From assembly GCF_009914755.1 (NCBI RefSeq), contig NC_060938.1: DNA of 64,000 nt; one strand, 5' to 3'. The notes beneath the pieces were generated by a model that worked only from the letters and a program-made list of their open reading frames with translations, did not search any database and was not told the origin of the DNA. The stretch comes from the human T2T-CHM13v2.0 reference genome, Homo sapiens. Of the stretch, positions 1-16,294 are shown piece by piece. The first letter of the stretch is position 1. The number at the start of each line of letters is the position of its first letter. A program made the position numbers and the translations under genes.

Positions 1-856
1 AACTGAACCTTCTTCTTTAGATCATGTCCCTCTCCTGTCATATTTATTCAGTGACAGTTAGGGGAGGCTGGTAGCACTTTCCATGTTCTTCCCAGATGTC
101 TCCTTAGGCAGATCCCTGAGATGGTGCAGTGCCCTTTCAGTTTCCATGTTGTGGCCATAGTTTTCCCACAGTCCCTCAGCAAGTAACTCTCAGACCTTTT
201 CTCCAGTTTCCAATGACATTTTCTCACCGTCCTTCAGGCCCTGACCAAGAGTCTTGATGCCCTTCCAGGTTGCATGAATGGTCTCCTTGAGGCCCAGTTA
301 CAGGTCAGCCTCACAGTCGTGTCACATATTGTAGCTTCTGATTACCACAGCAGCTCATTTCCAGCTGCCATATTCTGTTCCAGTTATCTATTCTGAAGTA
401 AAACAACTCATTATTACTTGTTTTTTGGCTTAGAGAGTCTTGGTGGCCAGCTCATCTCACACACAGTTGCAGCCAAGCTGGATTGTGTGAAAGCACAGTG
501 GGGTGGTGTGCAGGGTGGCTCACTAGTGGTTGGGAGTGGATGTTGCTGGAGGCTCACTAGTTGTTGGGAGTCGGTGTTGCTGGAGGCTCAGTGGGGGATG
601 TCAATGCGTGTAGCTAGTCATGGACTGGCCTTGTGGTTTCCATCATGAGGTCTCAGGGGAGTGGGATTTCCTGCCTGGTGACTGGCTTTCTCCTGGGTAA
701 GTGTTCTGTTTTCTCAGCCTGGCTTCTGAAGTCCCCAAATACCAGCTTTGTCACCTTCTGTTGGCCAAATAAGTCAGTAGTCTGGTCAAGGTTTAAGGGG
801 AATTGGTTCTCACAGAGAGAGGAGCAGGAAAGAATTTGTCACCTTTAGTCTACCAG
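1..856 (-). mobile_element. Old MaLR: MLT1-int remnant (1-375) plus MLT1H-like LTR (376-856)
   Basis: tgttccagttatctatt LTR end and aagaatttg..tctacca terminus. Confidence 0.55.
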
Positions 857-869
857 AAATGAGATTTTT

Positions 870-1680
870 ATAACAAGTTTATTCCAAATACATTCCAGTT
901 CCCCTTGTGAATACTTTTTTGACTCACAGGGTATTTCAAAGTTTATTACTTGGTTTTCAGACATTTGAGGCTTTTCTGGATATCAATTTGCTGTTGGTTT
1001 CTAATTTAATTTCAAGTGTTCAGACAACATCCTTTGTATACTATTTCAGGCTTGAACCTTTTCTCAATCCATCGACATACAGTCTATCTTGGCACTGCCA
1101 AGTACCATTTGGGTCAGGATTTTGTCATTTAGATCCGTATTTTTCCTATATTTTTATCTGGTTGTTCCGTCAGTTACTGAGAGAGCAGTATTAATTCACC
1201 AGCTATAATTTTGGATTGTCAATTTCCTGCTTTTGTTCTGTTGTTTTTGATTCACATACTTTGAGGTTCTGTGTGTGTGTGTGTAGTTTGTGTGCACTTT
1301 GAGGCACAATTTATAATTGTAACATCATCCTCTCTGATTCTTTTATTTTTATTAAATTACCCTGTTTATTTCTGGTGATATATTTTGTTCTGAAGCCTCT
1401 TTCATCTAGTGTTAACATCTCTGTTGAAGCTTTTTATGATTAGTGTCTGGATAGCATATTTTTATGTTTAGCATCTGCATAGCATATTTTTTCTCATACT
1501 TTGTGTCTTTGTGTTTAAATTGTGTCTCTGTGGATGCCATATTGTTGGGTCTTGCCTTCCTCTCAGGTCTGGCAGTCTCTGTCTTAAGTAGAGTATTTGT
1601 CCACTTACATTGTAACTAATCATTGCTAAGGTTGGATTTAGGTCTGCCATTTTTCTACTTATTTTCTATTTGTTTGTTTA
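870..1680 (-). mobile_element. Old L1M fragment
   Basis: T-rich antisense L1 motifs (ctataattttggattg, ccacttacattg..gttggatttaggtctgccatt). Confidence 0.7.
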
Positions 1681-1967
1681 TTTTTTTTAAGACAGGGTCT
1701 TGTTCTGTCACCCAGTCTGTAGTGCAATGGTGCAATCTTGGCTCACTGCAACCTCTGCCTCCCAGGCCCAACCAATCCTCACTTGAGCCCCCTGAGTAGC
1801 TGGGACTACAAGTGCATGGCACCACACCTGGCTAATTTTTATATTTTTGTAGAGATAGGGTTTTGCCATGTTGCACAGGCTGGTCTTGAACTACTGAGCT
1901 CAAGCAATCTACCCACCTTGGCCTCCCAAAGTGTTCAGATTACAGGCATGAGCCACCATGCCTGGCC
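1681..1967 (-). mobile_element. Alu (J-like)
   Basis: Alu consensus. Confidence 0.92.
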
Positions 1968-2078
1968 TTCGTCTGTCTTTTGATCTTCTATATATTCTTT
2001 CCTAACTTCTTTTGGGTTAAATATTTCTAAATATTCCAGTTTGATTAATCTTTTGGCTTTTGGAAATAATTTTTTATA

Positions 2079-2377
<299 letters not shown>

Positions 2378-4272
2378 TTATAAATAATTTATAATTTCGA
2401 ATTTTGGTAACAAACACATACCTTAAAATTTACCATCATAACCAGTTGTAAGTATACAGTTTTGTAGAGTTAAGAATATTTACATTGTTGTGTAGCAGAT
2501 TTCTAGATTTTTTTTTATCTTAGAAAACTCTATACCCATTCAACAACTATTAATTTCCCCTTCCTTCCACCTCCTGGCAAGTACTATTCTACTTTGTGTT
2601 TCTAAAAATTTGGCTTATATACCTAGGGTTATATAATATTTGTTTTTTAAGTAGGTTCCATGTTATGTGCAGATGTGTCAGGATTTTCTTCCTTTCTATG
2701 GCTGAATAATATTTCTTCATATATATATATTTTCTCTATATATATATATATGTATATTCTTTTGTTTATCCATCTATTCCTGGATGGACGTTTTGGTTTC
2801 TTCCACCTCGTGGCTATGTAATGCTCCTGTGAACACAGGTGTACACATATCTGTTTGAGGTCCTGCTACTAGTTATTCTGTCTCTGTAGAAGTTGGATGG
2901 CTGGATCATATGGTCATTTTATTTTATTTTTTTGAGGAGCCAGTTAATATTTCCACCAACAGTGTTCAAGTGTTTCAGTTTCACCTGCACTTGTTACTTT
3001 CTGTTGGGTTTGAAGTGATGTCCCATTGTGGTTTCTATTTGCATTTCTCTAATGATTAGTGATGTTACACATCTTCTCATATATCTCATGTATCTGTTGG
3101 CTATTTGTATATCATCTTTGCATCTTTGGATGAATGTTCTTTGTCCATTTTTTAATCACTTTATTTTGTTGTGTTGTAGCTGGGTTTTTTGGTCATGAGC
3201 ATTCATTTATCTCACAGTTCATTCTTGTTACTTGGGCCAGGGTCATGATCATTCATTATCTCTCAGTTCATCCTCATTACGTTGGGCAAACAGTCATGCT
3301 GCAGGGTATAGATTATGTTATTCTGTTACTTTCAGGTAGAATTCGGGTCTAGGTTCTAATTGTTTCTAAGTTTAGATTCTGAATGAGAATCAGCAGAGGT
3401 AGACCACTGCTGCTGAGGCCTGGGGATTGCTGGGAAAAAGGCAGGAAACAGATATTGACCTGACCATGGAGGGTTTATGTTTCACGGCTCCCATCTGGGT
3501 ACCCAAGGAACCTACATGTAGCTCGTGTGTGGAGAGCCTACATTGCCCACTCAAAGCAATTGAGGATGGAACAGTCTTGGGGCTGGAGCTCATTATTTGG
3601 AATGATAACCACATCTGCACAGAGAGGACCTGATAAGATGTTGTCCTTCCATGTATATCTGGGAATCCTGTGTAGGGTCTCTCTGTAAGGACAGGGGCAG
3701 TGTTGGCTCCTTGGCCTCTAGTTAGCTTCACAAGTAGTCTAGTAAAGGCTTTGCCAACTTGTCACCATCTGTGGATATTCTGGTCAGCTCTTGTTTTCAC
3801 CCTACTGACTTCTTCAGACACTAGGCTTTTGCTTTAGACCATTCATGGTTTTCTTCCTCTTCAAATCAGTAATCAATAAATCGCCTTCAAGTCAATAAAT
3901 TTCCACTCCTTTAGGAAACCCTGATCTTCTGGTCACACCAAGGTTTAATTAACTGGTTTGATTGTTTTTCTGTTTTCTTGGATTTTTTTTCCTTCTTCCT
4001 GGGGGTTTCTAGTAATTCTAGTTTGATGTCTCACTTTCTCCATTTTTTATTTCTTAGTTTTCTTCTGTGATTATTTTCACTGCAGCTGCAGGGCCTAATC
4101 CTGGGTTGGCAGAGAACTAGCACTTACTCTGCCCTAATTGGAATCCAGGAGAGATAGCAGGTTCCCTAGTGTGAAAATGTGTTTGCTCCTCTCTGCTTCT
4201 GGTAGTCTCTCTGTAGGAGTTCTTTACGCATTCTGAATGTTCACTTCTTATGAGATACATGATGTGCAACTA

Positions 4273-4485
4273 TAGGTTGAATGTCTCTGATCCAAAAATC
4301 TGAAATCCCAAATGCTCCAAAGTCTGAAACTTTTTGAGTGCCAACATGACACTCAAAGGAAATGCTTATTGGAGCATCTCAGACTCAGGTGTTTGAATTT
4401 GAGATCCTCAACCAGTAAGAATAGTGCAAATATTACAAAATCTGAAACACATCCCAAGCATTTCAAATAAGGGACACTCAACTGG
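4273..4485 (+). mobile_element. Tigger4a (MER46A) MITE
   Basis: aggttga..tccaaaaatctgaaatcc..ctcaaaggaaatgct..aagggacactcaac; TA flanks. Confidence 0.85.
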
Positions 4486-5271
4486 TATTTTTTTTAATTT
4501 TACAGTTTGCCTTTTACCCTGTTGGTTGTGACCTTTGAGGTACAGAAGTTTTTAGGTTTGATATATTTTTGCTTTTACTGCCTGAGCTTTTAATGTCATA
4601 TCCTAAAAATTATTGACAAATTCATCGTCATAAAGCATTTTCCAAATTTGTTTTCCCTAGGAGTTTGATAGTTCTAGTTTTACATTTAGGTTTATAATTC
4701 ACTTTGAATTGATTTTAACGTGGTGTAAGGTAAGAGTCCAACTTCATTGTTTTGCATGTAGTTATACAATTTTCCCATCATCACTTGTTGAAGAAACTGT
4801 GCTTTTCCATTGAGTGGTCTTGGCATCCTTCTGGAAGATCATCGGACCATATATGCCAGGGTTGGTTTCTGAGGTCTCTGTTGTGTTGGTCCATAAGTGT
4901 GTCAAGAGTGTCTTTATGCCATGACCACATTTTTTCTTTTTGGCTTATTGCAGTTTTGTAATTGCTTTGAGACGTTTAATTTTGTTCTGTTTCAAGATTG
5001 ATTTGCCTATTCATGGGCCCTGGAGATTCCATATGAGTTTTAGGATAGGTTTTTCTGTTTATCAAAAATGTCATTGGAATCTTTATAAGGATTGTATTGA
5101 ATCTAGGTCACTTCGAGTAGTGTTGACATCATTCCAAGATGAAATCATCTAATTTGCAAACCCAGCTTTTCTTTTCATTTATTTGTGTTTAATTTCTTTT
5201 AACAGTGTTTTGTAGTTTTCTGTGTTCAAATCTTTTGCCCTCTTGGTTAAGCTTATTTCTAATTTTTATAA

Positions 5272-5974
<703 letters not shown>

Positions 5975-7328
5975 TCTTTTTAAAATTTTATTTGCAGATT
6001 GTTCATTGTTAGTTTATAGAAATGGAACTGACTTGTGTGTGTTACTGTATCCTGAAACTTTGTTGAATTTCATTATTCTACCAGTATTTTGTGGAATTTC
6101 AGGATTTTTACACATTACATCATGTTGTCTGTGAACAAAATTTTGTACTTTTTCCTTTCCAATTTGCATGCTTTTTATTACTTTCTCTTGCCTAATTATT
6201 CTGAGTAGAAATTCCAGTACTGTGGTGAATAGAAGTGGCAGGAAGAGATGTTGCTATCTTATTCCTGATCCTAGAGGAAAAGATTTTAGTTTTTCACCAT
6301 TCAGTATGATGTTAGCTGTGAGCTTTTCATGTATAATCTTTATTTACTGAGGAGTTTCCATATATTACTAATTCTTTGAGTGTTTTTATTACAAAAGGTG
6401 TTCATCTGGCTCTGGAACCAGATAAATGTTGACCTGATAGAGTGGATTGGAATGTCCCCTTCTGGTTTTTGAACATTTTTGGAATATTTTACAAAGGGCT
6501 GGCATTAATTCTTCTTGAAATGTTTGGTAAAATTTTCCAGTGAAGTTATCTGGACCTGGAATTTTCTTTTTTGGGGGGTTTTTGATTACTGGTTGAATCT
6601 TCTTACTAGTTACAGGTCTCTTTGGATTTTTTATTTCTCCATGATGCAGTATGGTGGTTTGTGTTTCTAGGAATTTATAAATTTATTCTAGGTTGCCCAG
6701 TTCTGTGGCATATGGTTGCTCACATTAGTCTCTTGTAATCTTTTTCATTTCTGTGGAATCTGTTGTACTGTCACCTCTTTTATTTATGATTTTAGTATTT
6801 GAGATTTCTCTTTTTTTCTTAATATAGCTGTGAGTTTTAAAATTTTTATTGATCTTTAAAAAAACAAACTCAGTGGTTTTTTTTTTCCTTTTTTTCTGGT
6901 CTTATTCTGCTTATCTCTGTTCTAATCTGTTATTTTCTTCCTTTTGCTTGGTTTGTCATTAGTTTTTTTTTTTTTTTCCCTTTAGGTGTAATGTTAGGTT
7001 ATTGATTTGAGATCTTTCTTCTTTTTAATTTGATCACCTGCAGCTATAAGCTTCCCTTTAGCATGGCTTTGAGATCTTTCTTCTTTTTAATTTAAGCATC
7101 TGTGGCTGTAAGCTTCCCTTTAGCACTGCCTTTGTTGCCTCCTCCTGAGTTTGGGTATGTCATGGTTTTGTTTTCATTTGCTTAAACATTTTTTTTTGTC
7201 CTATTGTAATATAATTGTGTTGTTTTTAATAGAGGTAATTAATGAAACACATAATGAATTGTGCTTCTGTTTTTATAATATTTTAAGCATTCTTAACTCA
7301 GAAATGTAAATTTTAGAAAAAAATTCCA

Positions 7329-7657
<329 letters not shown>

Positions 7658-7786
7658 TTATTTGTATTTCAATTTAGAAACTATGATCTCCTAAGTGTAT
7701 TGACACAGCAACCTGACATAAAGATAAAGAATAATAAGTATATAACAAAACGGAAACTTGCAAATACCTTTTTTAATTAATTTTTA

Positions 7787-8399
<613 letters not shown>

Positions 8400-8438
8400 C
8401 TAAGGTGTGGTTGACATACAAAAATTACACATATTTAA

Positions 8439-8762
<324 letters not shown>

Positions 8763-8885
8763 AATATATACATCTTAATGAGTTTAGAGATAAGTATTCG
8801 CCCCAGGACTCATCACAACAAATAATGCCGTAAACTTGACCATCACTCCCCATATATTTCTCATTCTGACCCTTTTTAAAAAATG

Positions 8886-9217
<332 letters not shown>

Positions 9218-9463
9218 TTATTTTAAGTGTACAATACAGGACGGCCATGCATCAGAGATATATGTGGGTTTGGTTCCAGACCACTGCAATAAAGTGAGTT
9301 ATACAATTTCTTTTGGTTTTCCAGTGCATGTAAAAGTATGTTTATACTGTGCTGTATAAAGTGTGCAATAGCATATGTCTACAAAGTGTTCACACTTTAA
9401 TTTACAAATACTTTATTGTTAACAAGTGCTAACAGTCATCTGAGCCTTCAGAAAGCTGCAATC

Positions 9464-9732
9464 TTTTTTTGTGTGTGTGACAGGGTTTTACTCTGTGGCT
9501 CAGGCTAGAGTAATTGCAGTCTCAACCTCATGCTCAATCAAACCCCCACCTCAGACTCCTGACTAGCTGGAACTACAGATACATGCCACCATGACCAGCT
9601 AATTTTTGTATTTTTTTTTTTTTGTAGAGATGGGGTTTTGCCATGTTGCCTTGACTTCCTGGGCTCAAGCAATCTACCCACCTTGGCCTCCCAAGGTGTT
9701 GGGATGACAGGTGTGAGCCACTGCACCTGGCC
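9464..9732 (-). mobile_element. Alu (J-like) in Tigger1
   Basis: Alu consensus. Confidence 0.9.
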
Positions 9733-10310
9733 AAGTTTCAGTCTTCTTGCTGATGGAGGGTCTTGCCTTAATGTAAGGTGGTGGTTGCTGAGCGTTGGGG
9801 TGGCTGTGGCAATTTCTTAAAATAAGACACCATTGAAGTTTGCTGTGTCAATTGACTCTCCCTTTCACAAAAGAATTATCTGTAGCATACGATGTTGTTT
9901 GATAGCTTTTTACCCACAGTAGAACTTTCAAATTGGATTCAATCCTGTCAAACCTTCGTACAGCTGTACCAACTAAGTTTATGTATTATTGTAAATCATT
10001 GTGTCAATCCTGTCAAGCCCTCCTTCTGCTGTACCAACTAAGTTTATTCTAAATCTGTTGTCATCTCAACATTGTTTACACTGTCTTCACCACGAGTAGA
10101 TTTCATCTCAAGAAACCACTTTCTTTGCTCATCCTTGGAAGCAACTCATCCACTCACGTTTTCTCCGGAGGCTGCTGCAGTCTCGCCAGATCTTCAGGCT
10201 CTGTCTCTGATTCTAGTGCTCTTGTTATTTCCACCATATCTGCAGTTACCTCCTCCACAGAAGTCGTGAACCCCTGTGTCATCTGTGAGGGTTGGAATAA
10301 TCTTCCCAAC

Positions 10311-10616
<306 letters not shown>

Positions 10617-11472
10617 CCAACTTCTCCTAATGTTGCTATTTTGATCTTATTTTTTAAATCATGAATGTTCTCAATGACATCTAGAATGGTGAATCCTTTC
10701 CAGTAGGTTTTCAATTATTTTGCCCAGATCCATCAAAGGAATCACTTTCTAGAGAAGTTATAGCTTTATGAAATATATTTTTAAGTGATAAGACTTGAAA
10801 GTTGAAATTATTCTTTGATCCAAGGGCACCAGAATGAATGTTGGGTTAGTAGGCATGAAAACAATATTCAGCTCTTTGTACATCTCTGTAAAAGCCCTTG
10901 AGTACCAGGGGCATTGTCAGTGAGCGGTAATACTTTGAAAGGAATCTTATTTCTTGAGCAGTAGGTGTCAACAGTGGGCTTCAGATATTCAGTAAACCAT
11001 ATTTGTAAGCCGATAGTCTGTCATCCAGGCTTTGTTCCCATTTGTAGAGTACAGACAGAGCTGTGTTTTATCATAATTCTTCAGGGCCCTTGGATTTTCA
11101 GAATAGTAAATCATCATTGGTTTCAAGTTAACATCACCAACTGCATTAGCCCTTAACAAAAGAGTCAGCATGTCCTTTGAAGCCTTAAAGCCAGGCATCA
11201 ACTCCTCTCTAGCTGGGAACATCCTAGATGGCATCTCCTTCTAGTAGAAGGCTGTTTTGTCTCCATTGCAAATCTATTTAGTGTTGCCATCTTAATCAGT
11301 TATCTTCTAGATAGCTTTCTGCAGCTTTTCCATCAGTACTTGCTGCTTTATCTTGCGCTTTTATGTTATGGAGATGACTTTTTTCCTTAAACCTCAAGAA
11401 ACAAGCTCTTCTAGCTTCAGACTTTCCTTCTGCAGCTGCCTCACCACTCTAAGTCTTCATAGAATTGAAGAG

Positions 11473-11779
<307 letters not shown>

Positions 11780-12770
11780 AAAAAGAGAGTTAGGCTTAGG
11801 CTTAATGGAATGTTTTTTGTTTTTTTTTCATCTTCTATCTAGACCAATTAAACTTTCTTCATAACAGCAGCAAGATTGTTTAGCTTTTTATCATTCATGT
11901 GTTCACTGGAGCAGTACTTTAAATTTCTTTCCAGAACACTTCGTTTGCATTCACAACTTGGCTAAGTGTTTGTTGCATGAGGTCTAGCTACTGGCCTGTC
12001 TTGCTTACAGCATGCCTTCCTCACTAAGCTTAATTATTTCTTCCTTTTGGTTTAAAGTGACAGACATGCAACTCTTCTTTCATGAACATATAGAGGCTAT
12101 TGTAGGGTTATTAATTGGCCACATTTTAATATTAATAAAAAGAAGCCTGAGAAAAAGAGAAAGAGAAATGGCCCGTTGGTTGGGCAGTCAGAACAAACGC
12201 ATTTGTCAATTGTTTGCTGTCTTATCCTGGTGTGATTTGTGGTTCCCAAAACAATGACAACAGTAGCATTAAAGATTACTGATTACAGATCACCACAACA
12301 GATTCAATAATAAAAATCTTAAAATACTGTGAGAATGACCGAAATGTGACACAGAGACGTGAAGTGAGCACGTGCTGTAGGAACAATGGTGCCAGTGAGA
12401 CCTGCTTATTGCAGGGTGGCCACAAACCTTCAATACGTAAAACACATGGTCACAAAACACAATAAAGCAAAGTGCAGTGAAACAAGATGTGTCTGTCTTT
12501 TGATAGACTCTGACAATCTCTACCTTTGAATTGGTACATTCATACCATTAACATTCAAAGTGATTATTGATATCATTGGATTAATATCTACTATATTTGT
12601 TACTGTTTTCTATTCATTCTCCTCAGTCTTCATTCTTTTGTCTACCACTCTTTTTCTGCCTTTTGCAGTTTTCATTGATGATTTTAGATGACTCCATTTT
12701 CCCTGTCTTTCTTAGTACATACTTCTCTTTTTAAAACTTTTTTTTAACTAGTTGCCACAGAATTTGCAAT

Positions 12771-13060
12771 ATACATTTACAACCAATTCAAGTCCACTTT
12801 CAAATAACACTATCCAACTATCCCACAAATAAGACTACCTGCTTAACAAACAAAACACCTAATTCCTCAGTAACATTTACAACCAATTCAAGTCCACTTT
12901 CAAATAACACTATCCCACTATCCCAAAAATAAGACTACCTGCTTAACAAAGAACACACCTAATTCCTCAATATACATTTACAACCAATTCAAGTCCACTT
13001 TCAGATAACACTATCCCACTTCACGGGTGACTACCTGCTTAACAAAGAAAACACCTGATT
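12771..13060 (+). repeat. ~100-bp unit x3
   Basis: acatttacaaccaattcaagtccactttca at ~12773, 12873, 12974. Confidence 0.9.
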
Positions 13061-13062
13061 CC

Positions 13063-13372
13063 TCCCTCCCATCCTTCCATTCCATTCCTTGTATTATTGT
13101 TCCTTATTTCACTTGTGTATAAGCATGCATAATCTATCTGTGTGTATTTATTATTATCTACAAACTTATTGGTCAGATCAATTATGAATAAATACATGTT
13201 TTTATTGTACCACAATGCCTCCCTACCATCCTTCCATTCCATTCCTTGTATTAGTGTTACTCATTTCAATTGTATATAAGCATACATAATATATCTGTAT
13301 TTGTTATTGTCTATGATCTTCTTGGTCAGATCAATTAAGAATAAATACATAGGTTTTTATTGTACCACAATT
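13063..13372 (+). repeat. ~157-bp unit x2
   Basis: ccatccttccattccattccttgtatta...ggtcagatcaatta...ttgtaccacaat twice. Confidence 0.88.
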
Positions 13373-14411
13373 CTTTCTTTAATGCTCTTTTTAAAAAAAT
13401 GTTGATCCAGGTTTCAGTTATATATCTTTTGTTTCCCTAAAGAATTTCATTTAACATTTCTTGCAAGACAGGTCTCCTGGCAACAAGTTTCTTGAATTTT
13501 TATTTTTCTGAGGAAGGCCTTAATTCTCCTTCACTTTTGAAGGGTGGTTTCAGTGGGTACAGAAACTTAGGTTGGTGGGATTTTTCTGTCAACATTTTGA
13601 ATTTTTCATTTCACTGTCTTCTTACTTTCACAGTTTCTGAAATGTTGAATGCAGTTCTTATCTTTGTGTCTCTGTAGGTAAGGTGTTTTCTGCCCCACCT
13701 CTGGTTTCTTTCAGAGTTTTCCTTTATCTTTTATTTCATATAGTTTGAAAATTATATGTCCAAGTGTAGGTTGTTGGTATTTATTCTGCCTGGTGTTCTC
13801 AGAGCTTCCTGGATCTTTGGTTTGGTGTCTGACATTAATACTGGAAGTTCTCAGACATGGTTGTTGCAGAACTTTCTTCTATTTCTTCTCCTCTTGGTAT
13901 TCTCATTACTGTTTCACCTTTTGTAGTTGTCCCACAGTCTTGAATATCATCTTCTGTTCTTTTCAGTGTTTCTTTTCTTTAGTTTTCGAAGTTTCTGATG
14001 ATAAATCCTCAAGCTCAGAGATTTTTACTCAGCTGAGTCCAGTCTACTAATAAGCCATCAGAGGTATTCTTCAGTTATTTACCACGTTTTTCATCACTAC
14101 ATTATGTTGAAAGTTCTTACGATGTCTGTCTTTCTCATTACATTACCCATCTACACTTGAATACTGTCTACTTCATTCATTAGGCCCTTAGCATATTCTC
14201 CAGAGGTTTAAAAAAAAATTCCAAGATCATATCTTTGTCTGCTTCTGAAGCTTGCTCTGTTGACACAAATTGTATTTTTTTCTTTTTTTGGATTTTAGTA
14301 AGCCTTGCAATTTTTTCCCTTTATTCTGATGCATGAAGTACCCACTAAAAGTGACTGTTGTTAGTATAGCTTCAGTAATGCGGTGATGAGGTGACAGGGC
14401 AGGTGATGCTC

Positions 14412-14545
14412 TCTTAGTCTCTTTAGGCTACTATAACAAAATACTTCAGACTGAGTAATTCATAAACAACAGAGATTATTGTTCACAGATCTGGAGGCTG
14501 GAAAGTACAAGACTAAAGGGCCAGGATATTTGGTGTTTGGTGAAG
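14412..14545 (-). mobile_element. MLT1A-like MaLR LTR fragment truncated at the CER array
   Basis: tcttagtc...ctataacaaaatac...agactg...ttcacag..ctggaggctggaaagt. Confidence 0.75.
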
Positions 14546-15955
14546 GTCAAACATTCAGACACTCTCAACGACTATAGCGACAGCAGCAGTCTTCAGGAAT
14601 CCTATGTGAGGGACAAACACTCAGAAGCCAGCTGGAGTGTTCTAGAATCCTATGTGAGGGCCAAACATTCAGACCCCAGCAGTAGTGTTGTGGAATCCTA
14701 TGTGAGGGACAAACATTCAGACCACGGGAGCAGTGTTCTGGAATTCTATGTGAAGGACAAACATTAAGACTCTCATAGCAGTGTCCTGGAATCATATGTG
14801 AGGGACAACCATTCAGACACCAGCAGAAGTGTTCTGGAATCCTAGGTGTGGGAAAAACATTCAGAACCTAGTAGCAGTGTTCTGGAATCCTATGTGAGGG
14901 ACATACATTCAGACCACGGCAGCAGTGTTCTGGAATGGTATGTGAAGGACAAACATTCAGACCCTTGTAGCAGTGTTCCAGAATTTTATGTGAGGGACAA
15001 ACATTCAGACCACAGCAGCAGTGTTCTGGAATCCTATATGACGGACCAACGTGCAGACCCTTGCAACAGTGTTCTGGAATACTAGGTGAGGGAAAAATAT
15101 TCACACCCTTGTAGCAGTGTTCTGGAATTCTATGTGACTGACAAACATTCAGACTCCAGCAGCAGTGTTCTGTAATCCTATGTGAGGGACAAACATGCAG
15201 ACCCCAAGAGCAGTGTTCTGAAATCCTATGTTAAGGGAAACATTGAGACCCCAGCATGAATGTTCTGGAATCCTATGTGAGTGACAAACATTCAGACCAC
15301 GGCAGGAGTGTTCTGGAATCCTATGTGAGGAACAAACATTCAGACCACAGCAGGAGTGTTCTGGAATCCTATATGAGGTATAAGCATTCAGACCCTCATA
15401 GCAGTGTTCTGGAATCCTATGTGAGGGAGAAGCATTCAGAGCACAGCAGGAGTGCTCTGGAATCCTATGTTAGGGACAAACATTCAGAACCTCGTAACAT
15501 TGTGCTGGAAACCTATGTGAGGGACAGGCATTTAGACCCTCGCAGCAGTGTTCTGGAATCCCATGTGAGGGTCAAACATTCAGATCCTCGCAGCAGTGTT
15601 CTGGAATTCTATGTGAGTGACAAACATTCAGACTCCAGCAGCAGTGTTCTGTATTCCTATGAGAAGGACAAACATTCAGAATCCAGGAGCAGTGTTTTGA
15701 AATCATATGTTAAGGGCAAACATACAGACCCTAGCATCAATATTCTAGAATCATATGTGAGGGACATACATTCAGACCCTCACAGCAGTGTTCTGGAATC
15801 CTAGATGGGGGACAAACATTCAGACCCCAGCAGCAGACTTCTGGAATCCTATGTGGAGGACAAACATTCAGACAATGGCAGCAGTGTTCTGGAATCCTAT
15901 GTGAGGGACAAACACTCAGAGCCTTGTAGCAGTGTTCTGGAATCCTATGTGAGTG
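14545..15955. repeat. CER 48-bp pericentromeric satellite, ~29 units
   Basis: Unit ~GGAATCCTATGTGAGGGACAAACATTCAGACCCCAGCAGCAGTGTTCT; period 48 (cctatgtgag at 14601 and 14649). Confidence 0.9.
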
Positions 15956-16294
15956 AGAGTGCCTGGAGCCTACCCAACCTGACGCCCCCAAAGCCCTCAC
16001 AGGGTCTGACCTCCCAGCATGCACCTGCCTCTCCCTGAACCCCAACTGCCCACCCTGCCTGTTCCCCAGCCTCCTCCATCCTGTGCAGCCCATAGACTGT
16101 GACCATCTCTCCAGCCACTCTGGCCCTTCCTTTACCTTTGTCCTGTCAGAATCTCTGAGCAGGATCTCCCAGGTCCATCCAAATATGTGCTTTGTCCACT
16201 TTTGACTAGGCCCTTGGGCATCACTGGGCTATCCCAGCTGTCCACAGGGCCTTCAATAATGCACATTGCACCTGGCTTATCCAAGCAGTGCTCA

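Larger units (their letters stand above)
12500..14400 (-). mobile_element. Old L1M (L1MC-like) ORF1/inter-ORF region with local tandem duplications
   Basis: atttctt..caggtct..caacaa, tctccttcacttttgaagg, tcaagctcagagatt motifs. Confidence 0.65.

Noticed and set aside
10989-11234. TIGD1-like gene
   Set aside because: Short fragment of a decayed Tigger1 split by Alus and stops.
14565-15104. Cys/His-rich minus-strand ORFs as zinc fingers
   Set aside because: No C2H2 spacing or TGEKPY linker; this is the satellite translation.
14545-15955. CRISPR-like array or repeat-protein gene
   Set aside because: Contiguous 48-bp units with no unique spacers and no cas genes, in a primate context; matches CER satellite. 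ORFs follow from the 16-codon unit.
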